Positions 17,280-25,387 of a stretch of DNA of 32,000 nt are shown here, piece by piece. The first letter of the stretch is position 1, and each line of letters begins with the position of its first letter. Source of the stretch: Planctopirus limnophila DSM 3776. GTDB lineage: Bacteria; Planctomycetota; Planctomycetia; Planctomycetales; Planctomycetaceae. Location: the NCBI RefSeq assembly GCF_000092105.1, contig NC_014148.1, positions 1,890,001 through 1,922,000 of the forward strand. The letters run 5' to 3'. The notes beneath the pieces were generated by a model that did no database searches, was not told the DNA's origin, and saw only the letters and a list, made by a program, of their open reading frames with translations. A program made the translations under genes and the position numbers.

Positions 17280-18368
17280 ATGTTGTTAAACGATATGTGT
17301 GCGATTTCTCCGGCAACGAAGAACCAGCGTGGATTTACGCTCATTGAGTTGCTGGTTGTGATTTCGATTATTGCTGTGCTGATTGCGCTGTTGCTACCTG
17401 CTGTCCAACAGGCTCGTGAAGCTGCCCGGCGCACACAGTGCCGTAATCACTTGAAGCAGTTGGGATTGGCGATTCACAATTATCATGATGCCTCCCGAAT
17501 GCTTCCCCCACGTCAGACCGGCCCGGGGACTCCGGCGTTATCAGCTTCGACTGGAGCCAATCGCTGGAGTGGTTTTGTGGCGCTACTGCCGTTCATTGAT
17601 CAGGCACCACTGTTTTCTCAAATCCAGTCGGTCAATCAGGTTCCCTGGGGAGGGAATGCTGTCTGGCAGGCAAAAATTCCTTCGCTGGTGTGTCCCTCCG
17701 ATTCCACCGGCATTGATCCTTCGGGGTCACCGAATCAGCAGGGGTACTTGAATTATGTTTTCAGTGCGGGTGACACCCTTTCTTCGTCCGGAAGTAATTC
17801 GACCTCAACAACACCCGTAATTGTTGGTTCCCGTGGTGGTTTTGGATCTCTGAAGTGTTACCGTCTGGCAGATATCACAGATGGCAGCAGTAACACCATT
17901 GCTATGTCAGAGGGAGTCAGGCCAACGAGAATTCGAGAAATTGGTATTCGCACTGAGTTAGCCGACGGGACCAATCCGACATCTTGCCAGATTCAATTGC
18001 CATCGGGTTCCCGTGAGTACAGCAGCGTCATACCCGTCTATCTGGGCGATACCGCCTTTGGTTATCGTTGGGCAGATGGTGCTGCATATTTTACGTCGTT
18101 TTCGACAATTCTCCCCCCCAACTCAGCCTCCTGTTTTGTGACCGCTCCAGATCACTGGGGGACTGGTTTTTTTAGTGCCAGCAGTCGTCATACAGGTGGG
18201 GTCCATGTCCTGATGCTGGATGGCTCTGTGAGATTTGTCTCCGACAACATCGATACAGGGACTTTGTCGAGCCAGCCTCCTCAACCAGATACCGGGACAG
18301 CTTCTCCTTACGGTGTCTGGGGCCGCCTGGGTTCTCGTTCAGGGGGGGAAGTGATCGGTGAGTTCTAA
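17280..18368 (+). CDS. DUF1559 / H-X9-DG protein with prepilin-type N-terminal cleavage/methylation signal
   Basis: Class III signal KNQRG|[52 protein letters not shown]. The C-terminal [16 protein letters not shown] matches H-X9-DG. This is a planctomycete hallmark family. Alternative start ATG 17295. Confidence 0.92.
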   Translation: MLLNDMCAISPATKNQRGFTLIELLVVISIIAVLIALLLPAVQQAREAARRTQCRNHLKQLGLAIHNYHDASRMLPPRQTGPGTPALSASTGANRWSGFVALLPFIDQAPLFSQIQSVNQVPWGGNAVWQAKIPSLVCPSDSTGIDPSGSPNQQGYLNYVFSAGDTLSSSGSNSTSTTPVIVGSRGGFGSLKCYRLADITDGSSNTIAMSEGVRPTRIREIGIRTELADGTNPTSCQIQLPSGSREYSSVIPVYLGDTAFGYRWADGAAYFTSFSTILPPNSASCFVTAPDHWGTGFFSASSRHTGGVHVLMLDGSVRFVSDNIDTGTLSSQPPQPDTGTASPYGVWGRLGSRSGGEVIGEF

Positions 18369-18457
18369 TGGGTGTCATCTGGAATATGTTCTGACCTGAT
18401 TTTCTGTGGTGTTACTTTTTCGGCACAGTTGCCAGATCTCTAGGCATTGAAGTCTTT

Positions 18458-19696
18458 ATGTACTATATCGCTGGCGGATTATTACTGCTCTCGATGGCTA
18501 TGGTGCTCATTCACATGGTGATTGCGTACCGTGTGCTGAGATCGTTGAGTCATTGCGCACAGCCTCCTTATCCGGATGAGCAATGCCCCAAAGCGATGGT
18601 CGTGATGTGCCTGCGTGGCTCAGATCCTTTTCTGGAAGCAACACTACGTTCCATCTTTGCACAGGATTATCCTCAGTATGTCGTGAAGCTGATCGTGGAT
18701 TCTGTTCACGATACAGCTTGGGAGATCGTGCACCGCATCAAGGCAGAACTCCATGCCAGTCATGTGACGATACAACCTCATCTGAAGCGGAGAGCGGGTT
18801 GCAGTCTGAAGTGCGGCAGCCAGATTGAAGCGCTGGAAACGATCGACCCGTCGATAGAAATGCTGGCATTTCTTGACGCGGATACAGTGCCGCACGCGAC
18901 CTGGTTGCGAGAATTGGCCGCGGCTTTAAATCAACCGGGTGTTGGCGCAGCGACGGGAGGACGCTGGTATGCACCGGAAGCTGCCACACCTGGGGCGGTC
19001 ATGCGCTATCTGTGGAATGTGGCAGCACAGGCCTTGATGACGGAGCTGCATATTGCCTGGGGTGGCACTTTGGCATTTCGCCGGGAGGTTTTTGATCAGT
19101 TGAAACTGGCTGAACGATGGAGCAAAGCCATCTGTGAGGACACGATGACACAGGATGCCTTACGAGAGATGAATCTTAAGGTACAGTTTGTCCCTACGTT
19201 AATGATGGTGAATCGAGAAGATATCAGTGTGAATTCCTTCCGCCGGTGGGTGACCAGACAGTTACTCAATACCAGGCTTTATCACTCGAACTGGTGGTTT
19301 GTCTTGTTGCATGGCCTGTCTGTCTTCCTGGTGGTCGAGGGCTCGTTGATCTTCTCTGTAGTGGCAGCTCTGCGTGGATATGGAAACGAGGCCTTAATGG
19401 CGATTGGTGCTGCCGTGTTGTTCCAATCGACGCTGTGCCTGCTGCTGTTATTGCTGGAGAGAGCGGTTCTGAGTCTTTCCAGCCCGCGTCGAAGGCTCTG
19501 GGGAGCATGGTGGGTCTGGGCTTTGATACCGGTTTGGATGATGTTTGTCCAAACCATGAATCTCTGGTGTGTCCTGCGAGCTCAATTTGCTCGTCGGATC
19601 GAATGGCGAGGGGTGACTTATGAAGTCTTGTCACCCTTCCAGATACGCATTGTCGAAGAGACGGAAGTTATTGTGTCGGCCACCCAGTCGATTTGA
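18458..19696 (+). CDS. Membrane-embedded family-2 glycosyltransferase (GT21 / ceramide-glucosyltransferase / HpnI-like architecture)
   Basis: 412 aa. An N-terminal TM helix is followed by a GT-A core with MVVMCLRGSDPFLEATLRSIFAQDYP, LAFLDADTVP, GGTLAFRREVF, CEDTMT and FRRW, then three C-terminal TM helices. Confidence 0.8.
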   Translation: MYYIAGGLLLLSMAMVLIHMVIAYRVLRSLSHCAQPPYPDEQCPKAMVVMCLRGSDPFLEATLRSIFAQDYPQYVVKLIVDSVHDTAWEIVHRIKAELHASHVTIQPHLKRRAGCSLKCGSQIEALETIDPSIEMLAFLDADTVPHATWLRELAAALNQPGVGAATGGRWYAPEAATPGAVMRYLWNVAAQALMTELHIAWGGTLAFRREVFDQLKLAERWSKAICEDTMTQDALREMNLKVQFVPTLMMVNREDISVNSFRRWVTRQLLNTRLYHSNWWFVLLHGLSVFLVVEGSLIFSVVAALRGYGNEALMAIGAAVLFQSTLCLLLLLLERAVLSLSSPRRRLWGAWWVWALIPVWMMFVQTMNLWCVLRAQFARRIEWRGVTYEVLSPFQIRIVEETEVIVSATQSI

Positions 19697-19701
19697 AGTG
19701 A

Positions 19702-21219
19702 ATGCTTTTTGTGATCATGGCCTTGCAGGTGCCGACCGCAAAAGTCGCGTATGCGGTTCAAGTAACGATCGAGAAAAACAGAACTGTCACTCGGCATCGG
19801 TGTGTCCAGTTCAATATGTTTGGAAATCAGCTGGCGATCATGGTGAACTCGATGGAAACTGAAATCGAAACGAGTCAATTCCTGACTGTTGATGATCGAC
19901 TTGGACGTTTGATCCCTTTGGAAAGTTCTGAATTGACCGGGTCTGGTGAAACTCTGAGTGGATTGATGGGTTCGATTCGCCCATTAGCTTTTGAACCCGA
20001 ACTGGTTCCGAAGGTCTGGGGAGGATGTAAACTGCTCGAGCACGCCGCGCGAAAGCAGAAGACCTCTGACTATTCGTCATTGGTTAACGGCAATGAGATT
20101 TGCCGGATTGGCGAATCGTGGGAGATCTCAGGCGTCGAAGGAAAATCGTCGCGTCTCAAGATGGTCGGCCAGCATCCATCGGAAAGTGGTCAGCAGGAGA
20201 TCTGGACACTGCAGCAACTCTGGCAGAAATTTGGGGCATCGCTCGCCGGCTCTTCGTTCGCAACGGAGCAATCTGATGAGCAACCACCTGAGTTTCCGTG
20301 GCTGGTGAAGCATCTGGAATGCAACGACTGGCTCTCGCTGCAGGTCCATCCCGCTGTAATTCCTGGATGTAACTCCGGTGGATTGCCTGAAAAAGAACAA
20401 CTGAGGCTGTTCAATCCGGATTCAGCTAACAACAAAGAGACATCAGAAAGTCCTACCGAGTCACTTGATGAAGTGCGAGGAAAGAACGGCAAATTTGAGT
20501 TCTGGCTCGTGGTGGAAACTGCGATTGATAGTGAAATTATTGTTGGTCCCGTGAGAGAAGATCAGCGGGAAGAGTTAGCACAACAGGTCGAAGCGGGAGC
20601 GCGTGAGCATGAACTTCTGGAAGCTGGCTTGTTGACACGACTTCCAGTCGAGGCAGGACAATGGGCGATTCTGCCTCCGGGAAGTGTTCATACTGTTCGT
20701 GGAGTGACCATTCTGGAGGTTCAGACTCCAGTCGATGTGACCTACCGAATTGATGATTATGGGCGGCGTGGAAGTGATGGCGAACTGCGTACGCTGCATC
20801 CGCGGGAGGCTGCCCGGGCGATCCGTTCGGGAACTGGACTTCCACAGGTTTCACATTCGTTACTCTGGGAAAGCCATTCGATAAGTCATGTCGATCAAAC
20901 GACACAGCATGAGCCGTCATCGAGATTGATTCGGCATATCACGGCTCCCCACGATCCATTTCAAATTCGCTTTCGAAAGATTGGAAACGATCTTCAATTC
21001 CTGAATCTTGAAGAAATGACCGTCTTGTGTGTCATTGATGGTGAGCTTGAATTAATCTGGGAGCATGGCACAGAACTCCTTGCGCCACGGGATGTTCGAT
21101 TGCTTCCGGTTGATCTGAGAGAAGTATCGCTCAGGTCAAAAGGAGCATCGGTATCAATTTTGCTGCTGACATCGTCTTCCTCTCTCGGTTGCAACTCACC
21201 AGCGAGTGTCCCACGATAA
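19702..21219 (+). CDS. Type I phosphomannose isomerase-like cupin protein
   Basis: Motifs LVPKVWGG, IGESWEISG, FPWLVKHLECNDWLSLQVHP, GKFEFWLVV, PPGSVHTVRGVTILEVQTPVDVTYRIDDYGRR and LRTLHPREAARAI follow the bacterial class I PMI pattern. Family-like N-termini start near MGSIRPLAFEP (ATG 19966), so the 88-codon extension from 19702 is doubtful. Confidence 0.75.
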   Translation: MLFVIMALQVPTAKVAYAVQVTIEKNRTVTRHRCVQFNMFGNQLAIMVNSMETEIETSQFLTVDDRLGRLIPLESSELTGSGETLSGLMGSIRPLAFEPELVPKVWGGCKLLEHAARKQKTSDYSSLVNGNEICRIGESWEISGVEGKSSRLKMVGQHPSESGQQEIWTLQQLWQKFGASLAGSSFATEQSDEQPPEFPWLVKHLECNDWLSLQVHPAVIPGCNSGGLPEKEQLRLFNPDSANNKETSESPTESLDEVRGKNGKFEFWLVVETAIDSEIIVGPVREDQREELAQQVEAGAREHELLEAGLLTRLPVEAGQWAILPPGSVHTVRGVTILEVQTPVDVTYRIDDYGRRGSDGELRTLHPREAARAIRSGTGLPQVSHSLLWESHSISHVDQTTQHEPSSRLIRHITAPHDPFQIRFRKIGNDLQFLNLEEMTVLCVIDGELELIWEHGTELLAPRDVRLLPVDLREVSLRSKGASVSILLLTSSSSLGCNSPASVPR

Positions 21220-21329
21220 ACCTGAACAGATGGTTCATGATCGAGAGCGGATTGTTCAATACTTAGGCCCAGACAAGTCGGTGTGAACTGCACAGGATTA
21301 TTGGTTTAAGGGCTATCAGGACCACAGGT

Positions 21330-21938
21330 ATGATTCAGACAACGGGCCAGCAAAAGACAGTTTCATCGACTGAAGATTTCTCTGGTCGTAGCCCTGGTAT
21401 CGCCCTAGATCCAGTGCATCGTAGTCCATTACCTGATCCTGGTGATTGGCATTTGCTGCCAGATCTGATTACCGCTGATCAAATTCATACTGTGAATCCT
21501 CAGCGTTTTGAGATGCATCAGCTCGATGGAATCCTTTCCATCGATGATGATCGGCAGGAAATTCTGGGCTATCGGCATCTGGCAGACAACCCTTTTGCCT
21601 CTGAGATCAATGCGAAGACTGTTGGTCAGGGAACCATCCAGGCTGGGCCACGCTGGACGGAAGTGGCGGCTCAGGTGAGTGCGTACTATCTCAAGCGTCT
21701 CGATTTTGGAGGCATGGGGATCAATTTCGGAATCGGTGGAATCTATGGCCTCGAATTTCATCACGCAGCCCTGACCGGTCACCGATTATACGTGCTTTCG
21801 CGAGCTGTAAGTGTTGATGCCCCAGTTTCGGCCCGCATGGAATTTGAAGGCTACGTCGATTCGACCCCATTCTTCAGCGGTGAAATACTTCTGATGCCGC
21901 TGAAGTGCCTCGATCGCAGTGCAGGTCGATCAGTTTGA
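21330..21938 (+). CDS. hypothetical protein, possibly hotdog-fold (FabA/FabZ-like)
   Basis: 202 aa. After a disordered-looking N-terminus, the segment IHTVNPQRFEMHQLDGILSIDDDRQEILGYRHLADNPFA resembles the xPxRxPxxxxDxV...G entry motif of FabZ-type dehydratases. The resemblance is weak and no catalytic His motif is evident. Confidence 0.45.
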   Translation: MIQTTGQQKTVSSTEDFSGRSPGIALDPVHRSPLPDPGDWHLLPDLITADQIHTVNPQRFEMHQLDGILSIDDDRQEILGYRHLADNPFASEINAKTVGQGTIQAGPRWTEVAAQVSAYYLKRLDFGGMGINFGIGGIYGLEFHHAALTGHRLYVLSRAVSVDAPVSARMEFEGYVDSTPFFSGEILLMPLKCLDRSAGRSV

Positions 21939-22028
21939 TTCAACTGGCCTGCACTGCAGGATCTGGTCTTCTCGACAAGTAATAATCAAACGGTAGCGTT
22001 AGGACGAAATCGCTCGATGGACAGAAGA

Positions 22029-22093
22029 GCGTGGGCTCTCGGCGCGGCCCAAGAGCCCACGCAGCGACTGCCCCCAGGGGGGCGGCAGGTCGC
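22029..22093. other. GC-rich twin hairpin element in the convergent spacer
   Basis: Hairpin 1 is an 11-bp stem at 22029-22039 / 22052-22062 (core GTGGGCTCT/AGAGCCCAC). Hairpin 2 is directly adjacent at 22064-22093 (GCGACTGCCCCC AGGG GGGCGGCAGGTCGC, about 12 bp with two bulges). Local GC is visibly much higher than the flanks. Confidence 0.6.
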
Positions 22094-22478
22094 AGTACCC
22101 TTGCTTGCGGCTAACGTCTCAGGATGTGCAATTCAATGACGCATGAAAACGTAGCTTTCTTCGAGTGAAGGTCAAAAGATAACCCGAGCTTTAGCACGGG
22201 AATTCTGCCATTGCTGAACGTTGAATCAAAAATACAACATGGGCTGTTGAGGTTTATTGACGATTGTGGAACTCCTGCAACAGATCTCTTGAGTGCAGCC
22301 GTCTCCGAGAGAGTTACATGTGAGCTTTTCGCGGAGGGTTGGCCGATGGGAGTGAGTTGTTCGCCTCGCTTCCGCACGAGCGCCGATTATCTCGCCATGG
22401 CAAGAGATCAAGAGCGCGTCGCGATGAGGTCAATCATTAACCACTCGCCAAAGACATTTGAACTTGCCCTCATCCCGG

Positions 22479-22536
22479 CCTTCTCCCGTCGGAACGGGAG
22501 AAGGGGCAAAATGCTTGCCTGCTTATCATCGGCAAG
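22479..22536 (-). terminator. Two hairpins immediately downstream of the coiled-coil gene stop
   Basis: Perfect 11-bp stem CCTTCTCCCGT (22479-22489) / ACGGGAGAAGG (22494-22504) with tetraloop CGGA. A second 6-bp stem is CTTGCC (22514-22519) / GGCAAG (22531-22536). No U tract. Confidence 0.5.
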
Positions 22537-22546
22537 TCCGAACGAC

Positions 22547-24016
22547 TCAATCCCGGGGTGGCGTTCCAAGAAATCGCCGCCAGCGTCTTTCGGCAGATTT
22601 CGTATTGTGAACTGCTGGTGTGGGATCTTCCTTCTGAGCGGAATTGGGTCTGTCCCGCATGATTTCCTGCTGCTGACGAACCTTCGCCTGATCGCGTGCA
22701 CAGCGGGCTCGCTCCAGCGAAAGTTCGACTTCAGCCAGGCGTAAATGTTCCTCCAGGCGAACCTGTAAAGAACGCAATTCATCGACAAGTTCTGTCGGTG
22801 CGTGTTCCAGAGCAGCCCAGTTGGGTGGCCCACCAGAGATTTCGCGGGCTCTCAATCGCCGAATCAGCCAACTGATGTAAGCGTCGCGCTGATTGATCGC
22901 TGTTTCAAACTCCTGTTGCTGGCAATCTTCGATGTTAAAAGGGAGTGGGACTTCTGGTTCGGTAAAATCGGTCTCAACCAGCGATTCGACACCCGATCCA
23001 CTCGTTCCTTCTTCGAAAGTATCAGGTGGTTCATCGACAGAGAGCATCTGCGATTTAAGACTCTCCCAGAGAACACTGTTTCCTTCAGATGAGGATTCGT
23101 GATGAGCAGTTTGTTCGTCAGCCAGCAGCGAATCTAAAGTCTGGTCAACTGCTGCATTGAGCGATGACAACTGAGACGTTGACCCCATATAGAAGGCATT
23201 TTGGCTTTTCAGTTGTTCAAACTGGTCGGACAGATAATCCCGAATGTCTGCCAGGCGAGAATCCAGTTGTCCCAGCAATACAGCAGGTTGCATGGCATCC
23301 CACTGTTCAAGAAACCTTTGCATATCTGCCGTTAATGTGGCATGTCGATCAACACTGGCACCAAATGATGAGCTGACAACCTTCCGATCTGCCCCGGTGC
23401 GATGCAGTCGATCAAGCTGTTCAGCAGCTTGTTCCAGCCGTTCAGTGAGTGCCTGGATCAGGCTGTTCTTGTTTTCCAGCTCGATTTCAAGGGATTGAAT
23501 TCGCGAAAGGGCAGCAGCTTTGAAGTGCTCGTTCGCGCGTTGCTGCTCCTCAAGGATTGACCGTTCTTTCCGGTGACGTCCATGCTCAGTGGCAACACCC
23601 CGATGGGCAGGATTTGCAACCGATGCTGGATGCATGCGCTGCTTTGATATCTGGAGTTCTGTAGTGATTTTGGGAGACGTGATCTGGCCTTCCGGGAGGT
23701 GATCCAACGAGGAAAGGTGAACGTCCTCACTCCAGGTCTGCTCAACAGAGTGATCACTCAACGGTGTTTCGGCTGTTCGTGCGCGGATCAGATCCTCGAA
23801 GTCTTGTGCAGAGATCTCTGCCGTCTCAGGTGACCTTTCCCAATTCGCGGGAAGACCGGAGAAATGCTGCCCGGCACTGGGCGTCTCTGTCGATTGAATG
23901 TCGGTCGGATCGACAGAGTCTGCTGATGAATCCATTTCAAACAAAGATTTCTCAACTTGCTCGAGATTTTCGAACAGTCGGTCTTCATCGACTGGAAGTT
24001 CTGATTCATTCCGCAT
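22547..24016 (-). CDS. Acidic coiled-coil protein of unknown function
   Basis: 489 aa. The N-terminus is very acidic and Ser/Glu-rich (MRNESELPVDEDRLFENLEQVEKSLFEMDSSADSVD). Heptad-like stretches include SLEIELENKNSLIQALTERLEQAAEQLDRL and LQVRLEEHLRLAEVELSLERARCARDQAKVRQQQE. The C-terminus is basic. There are no enzymatic motifs. Confidence 0.65.
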   Translation of the reverse strand: MRNESELPVDEDRLFENLEQVEKSLFEMDSSADSVDPTDIQSTETPSAGQHFSGLPANWERSPETAEISAQDFEDLIRARTAETPLSDHSVEQTWSEDVHLSSLDHLPEGQITSPKITTELQISKQRMHPASVANPAHRGVATEHGRHRKERSILEEQQRANEHFKAAALSRIQSLEIELENKNSLIQALTERLEQAAEQLDRLHRTGADRKVVSSSFGASVDRHATLTADMQRFLEQWDAMQPAVLLGQLDSRLADIRDYLSDQFEQLKSQNAFYMGSTSQLSSLNAAVDQTLDSLLADEQTAHHESSSEGNSVLWESLKSQMLSVDEPPDTFEEGTSGSGVESLVETDFTEPEVPLPFNIEDCQQQEFETAINQRDAYISWLIRRLRAREISGGPPNWAALEHAPTELVDELRSLQVRLEEHLRLAEVELSLERARCARDQAKVRQQQEIMRDRPNSAQKEDPTPAVHNTKSAERRWRRFLGTPPRD

Positions 24017-24679
24017 GACATGCCTGTCGTGTTGTGCGCTGCGCTAGCCTGTTGAGCAGCGAACAAATCTTTGAATGTTCTCACACGCTGTGTCGAGAAC
24101 TTCGTTCATCGCCTTTCGAGAAACAACTTTCGTTTTCAGAAAAATCATCTGATCCGATTGGTGAAATCGAATTCACACGAGCCGAGTTGATCTCTGATAC
24201 TTTTCAATGATTCTTCGGATCATGAATCAATCACAAGACCGATTCTACAGACTCTGTTTTGACCACAGCCTGTGATTGATCATCCAGCGGGTTACTTCCT
24301 CACTGGGAAACATAGCACACGATTCCGCAGCTCAATCGAGGCGGGAACTCGCGACTGCTTGAATTACAGTAAGCACTGGACGGTGCAATCCATGCAACCG
24401 TTAAAGCTGCACTGTAAATCTGAACCGGGCAATGGGTCGAAAGTGCTCGGAAGTACGGTTAGACCGGTTCAAGATCCCTGGAAAGTTCAGGCTCGTTGCT
24501 AAGGAGAGTGACATTCGCAGGAGCCATATGGATGGTGTATCTGTACTCTGCACTGCCATCCGTAAGCCAAGCTCTGGAATAGCACCGTCGCACTCTGTCA
24601 GAAAATGCCAGCCACTCGTGGCGTCGGTCTTAATCCAACATTTTCAACAGAGGGGCTGCCAAATTAAGTTGAAGAAAAT

Positions 24680-25387
24680 TCACTCGGCAATGACTTCAGA
24701 GTTCTCGGCACGGAATCGATAACCAACTCCACGCACTGTCTCCACAATATCTGCCAGTGCCCCCAGCTTCTGTCTTAACGAACGCACATGAACATCAATC
24801 GTTCGTTCGAGTGCATTGGCATCTTCACCTCGGCAACGATCCATCAATTCATTTCGGCCAAAGGGTCGGCCAGGTGAACGTGCCAGAGTCCAGAGCAATC
24901 GAAATTCGGTGGGTGTCAGATGCAACTCTTCGCCATTCAGGCGAGCCGTATGATTGATCCGATCAATCTCGATTCCTCTCGTCACAATCACATCTCGTGA
25001 TTGCTCACCCGCCTGAGATCGTCGCAACAGAGCCTTGATTCGATGAATCAGGGGCTTCACTTTAAACGGCTTGGCCACATAATCATCCGCCCCCATGTTG
25101 AAGCCGACAATCTCGTCAACTTCCTCTGCTCGGGCAGTGAGCATCAAAATCCTGCAGTTCGGTAGCTTTGGGTCACTGCGTAGCTGACGGCACACTTCAA
25201 GGCCATCGATCACAGGGAGCATCAGGTCAAGAATCACCAGATCCGGCGTCATGGCCTGTGCTCGCCGCAGACCATCCTGACCATCAGAGGCCGACGTGAC
25301 TTCGAACCCCTCTTTTTCAAGATTGTAAGTCAGAATATCGATCAGAGATCTTTCATCTTCGATCAAAAGAACTTTCGGCTTGGCCAT
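24680..25387 (-). CDS. phoB: Phosphate regulon response regulator, OmpR/PhoB family
   Basis: Receiver domain KVLLIEDE...DLVILDLMLPVIDG...MLTAR...GADDYVAKPF. Winged-helix domain LTPTEFRLLWTLARSPGRPFGRNELM...RTIDVHVRSLRQKL...IETVRGVGYRF. It sits in pst/phoU/phoR context. Confidence 0.9.
   Translation of the reverse strand: MAKPKVLLIEDERSLIDILTYNLEKEGFEVTSASDGQDGLRRAQAMTPDLVILDLMLPVIDGLEVCRQLRSDPKLPNCRILMLTARAEEVDEIVGFNMGADDYVAKPFKVKPLIHRIKALLRRSQAGEQSRDVIVTRGIEIDRINHTARLNGEELHLTPTEFRLLWTLARSPGRPFGRNELMDRCRGEDANALERTIDVHVRSLRQKLGALADIVETVRGVGYRFRAENSEVIAE

Noticed and set aside
19618-19878. 86-aa minus-strand ORF overlapping the junction of the second GT2 gene and the PMI-like gene
   Set aside because: It lies antisense within a tightly packed co-directional cluster and has no motif. 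It is relevant only because it overlaps the doubtful N-terminal extension of the PMI-like ORF.
22111-22744. ORFs in the convergent spacer: 88 aa on the minus strand (22111-22377), and 177 aa on the plus strand (22211-22744, TTG start)
   Set aside because: The plus-strand ORF reads through two terminator-like hairpins and 200 nt of the opposing coiled-coil gene. The minus-strand ORF has a GTG start right after an in-frame stop and has no motif. Neither is supportable as a gene.
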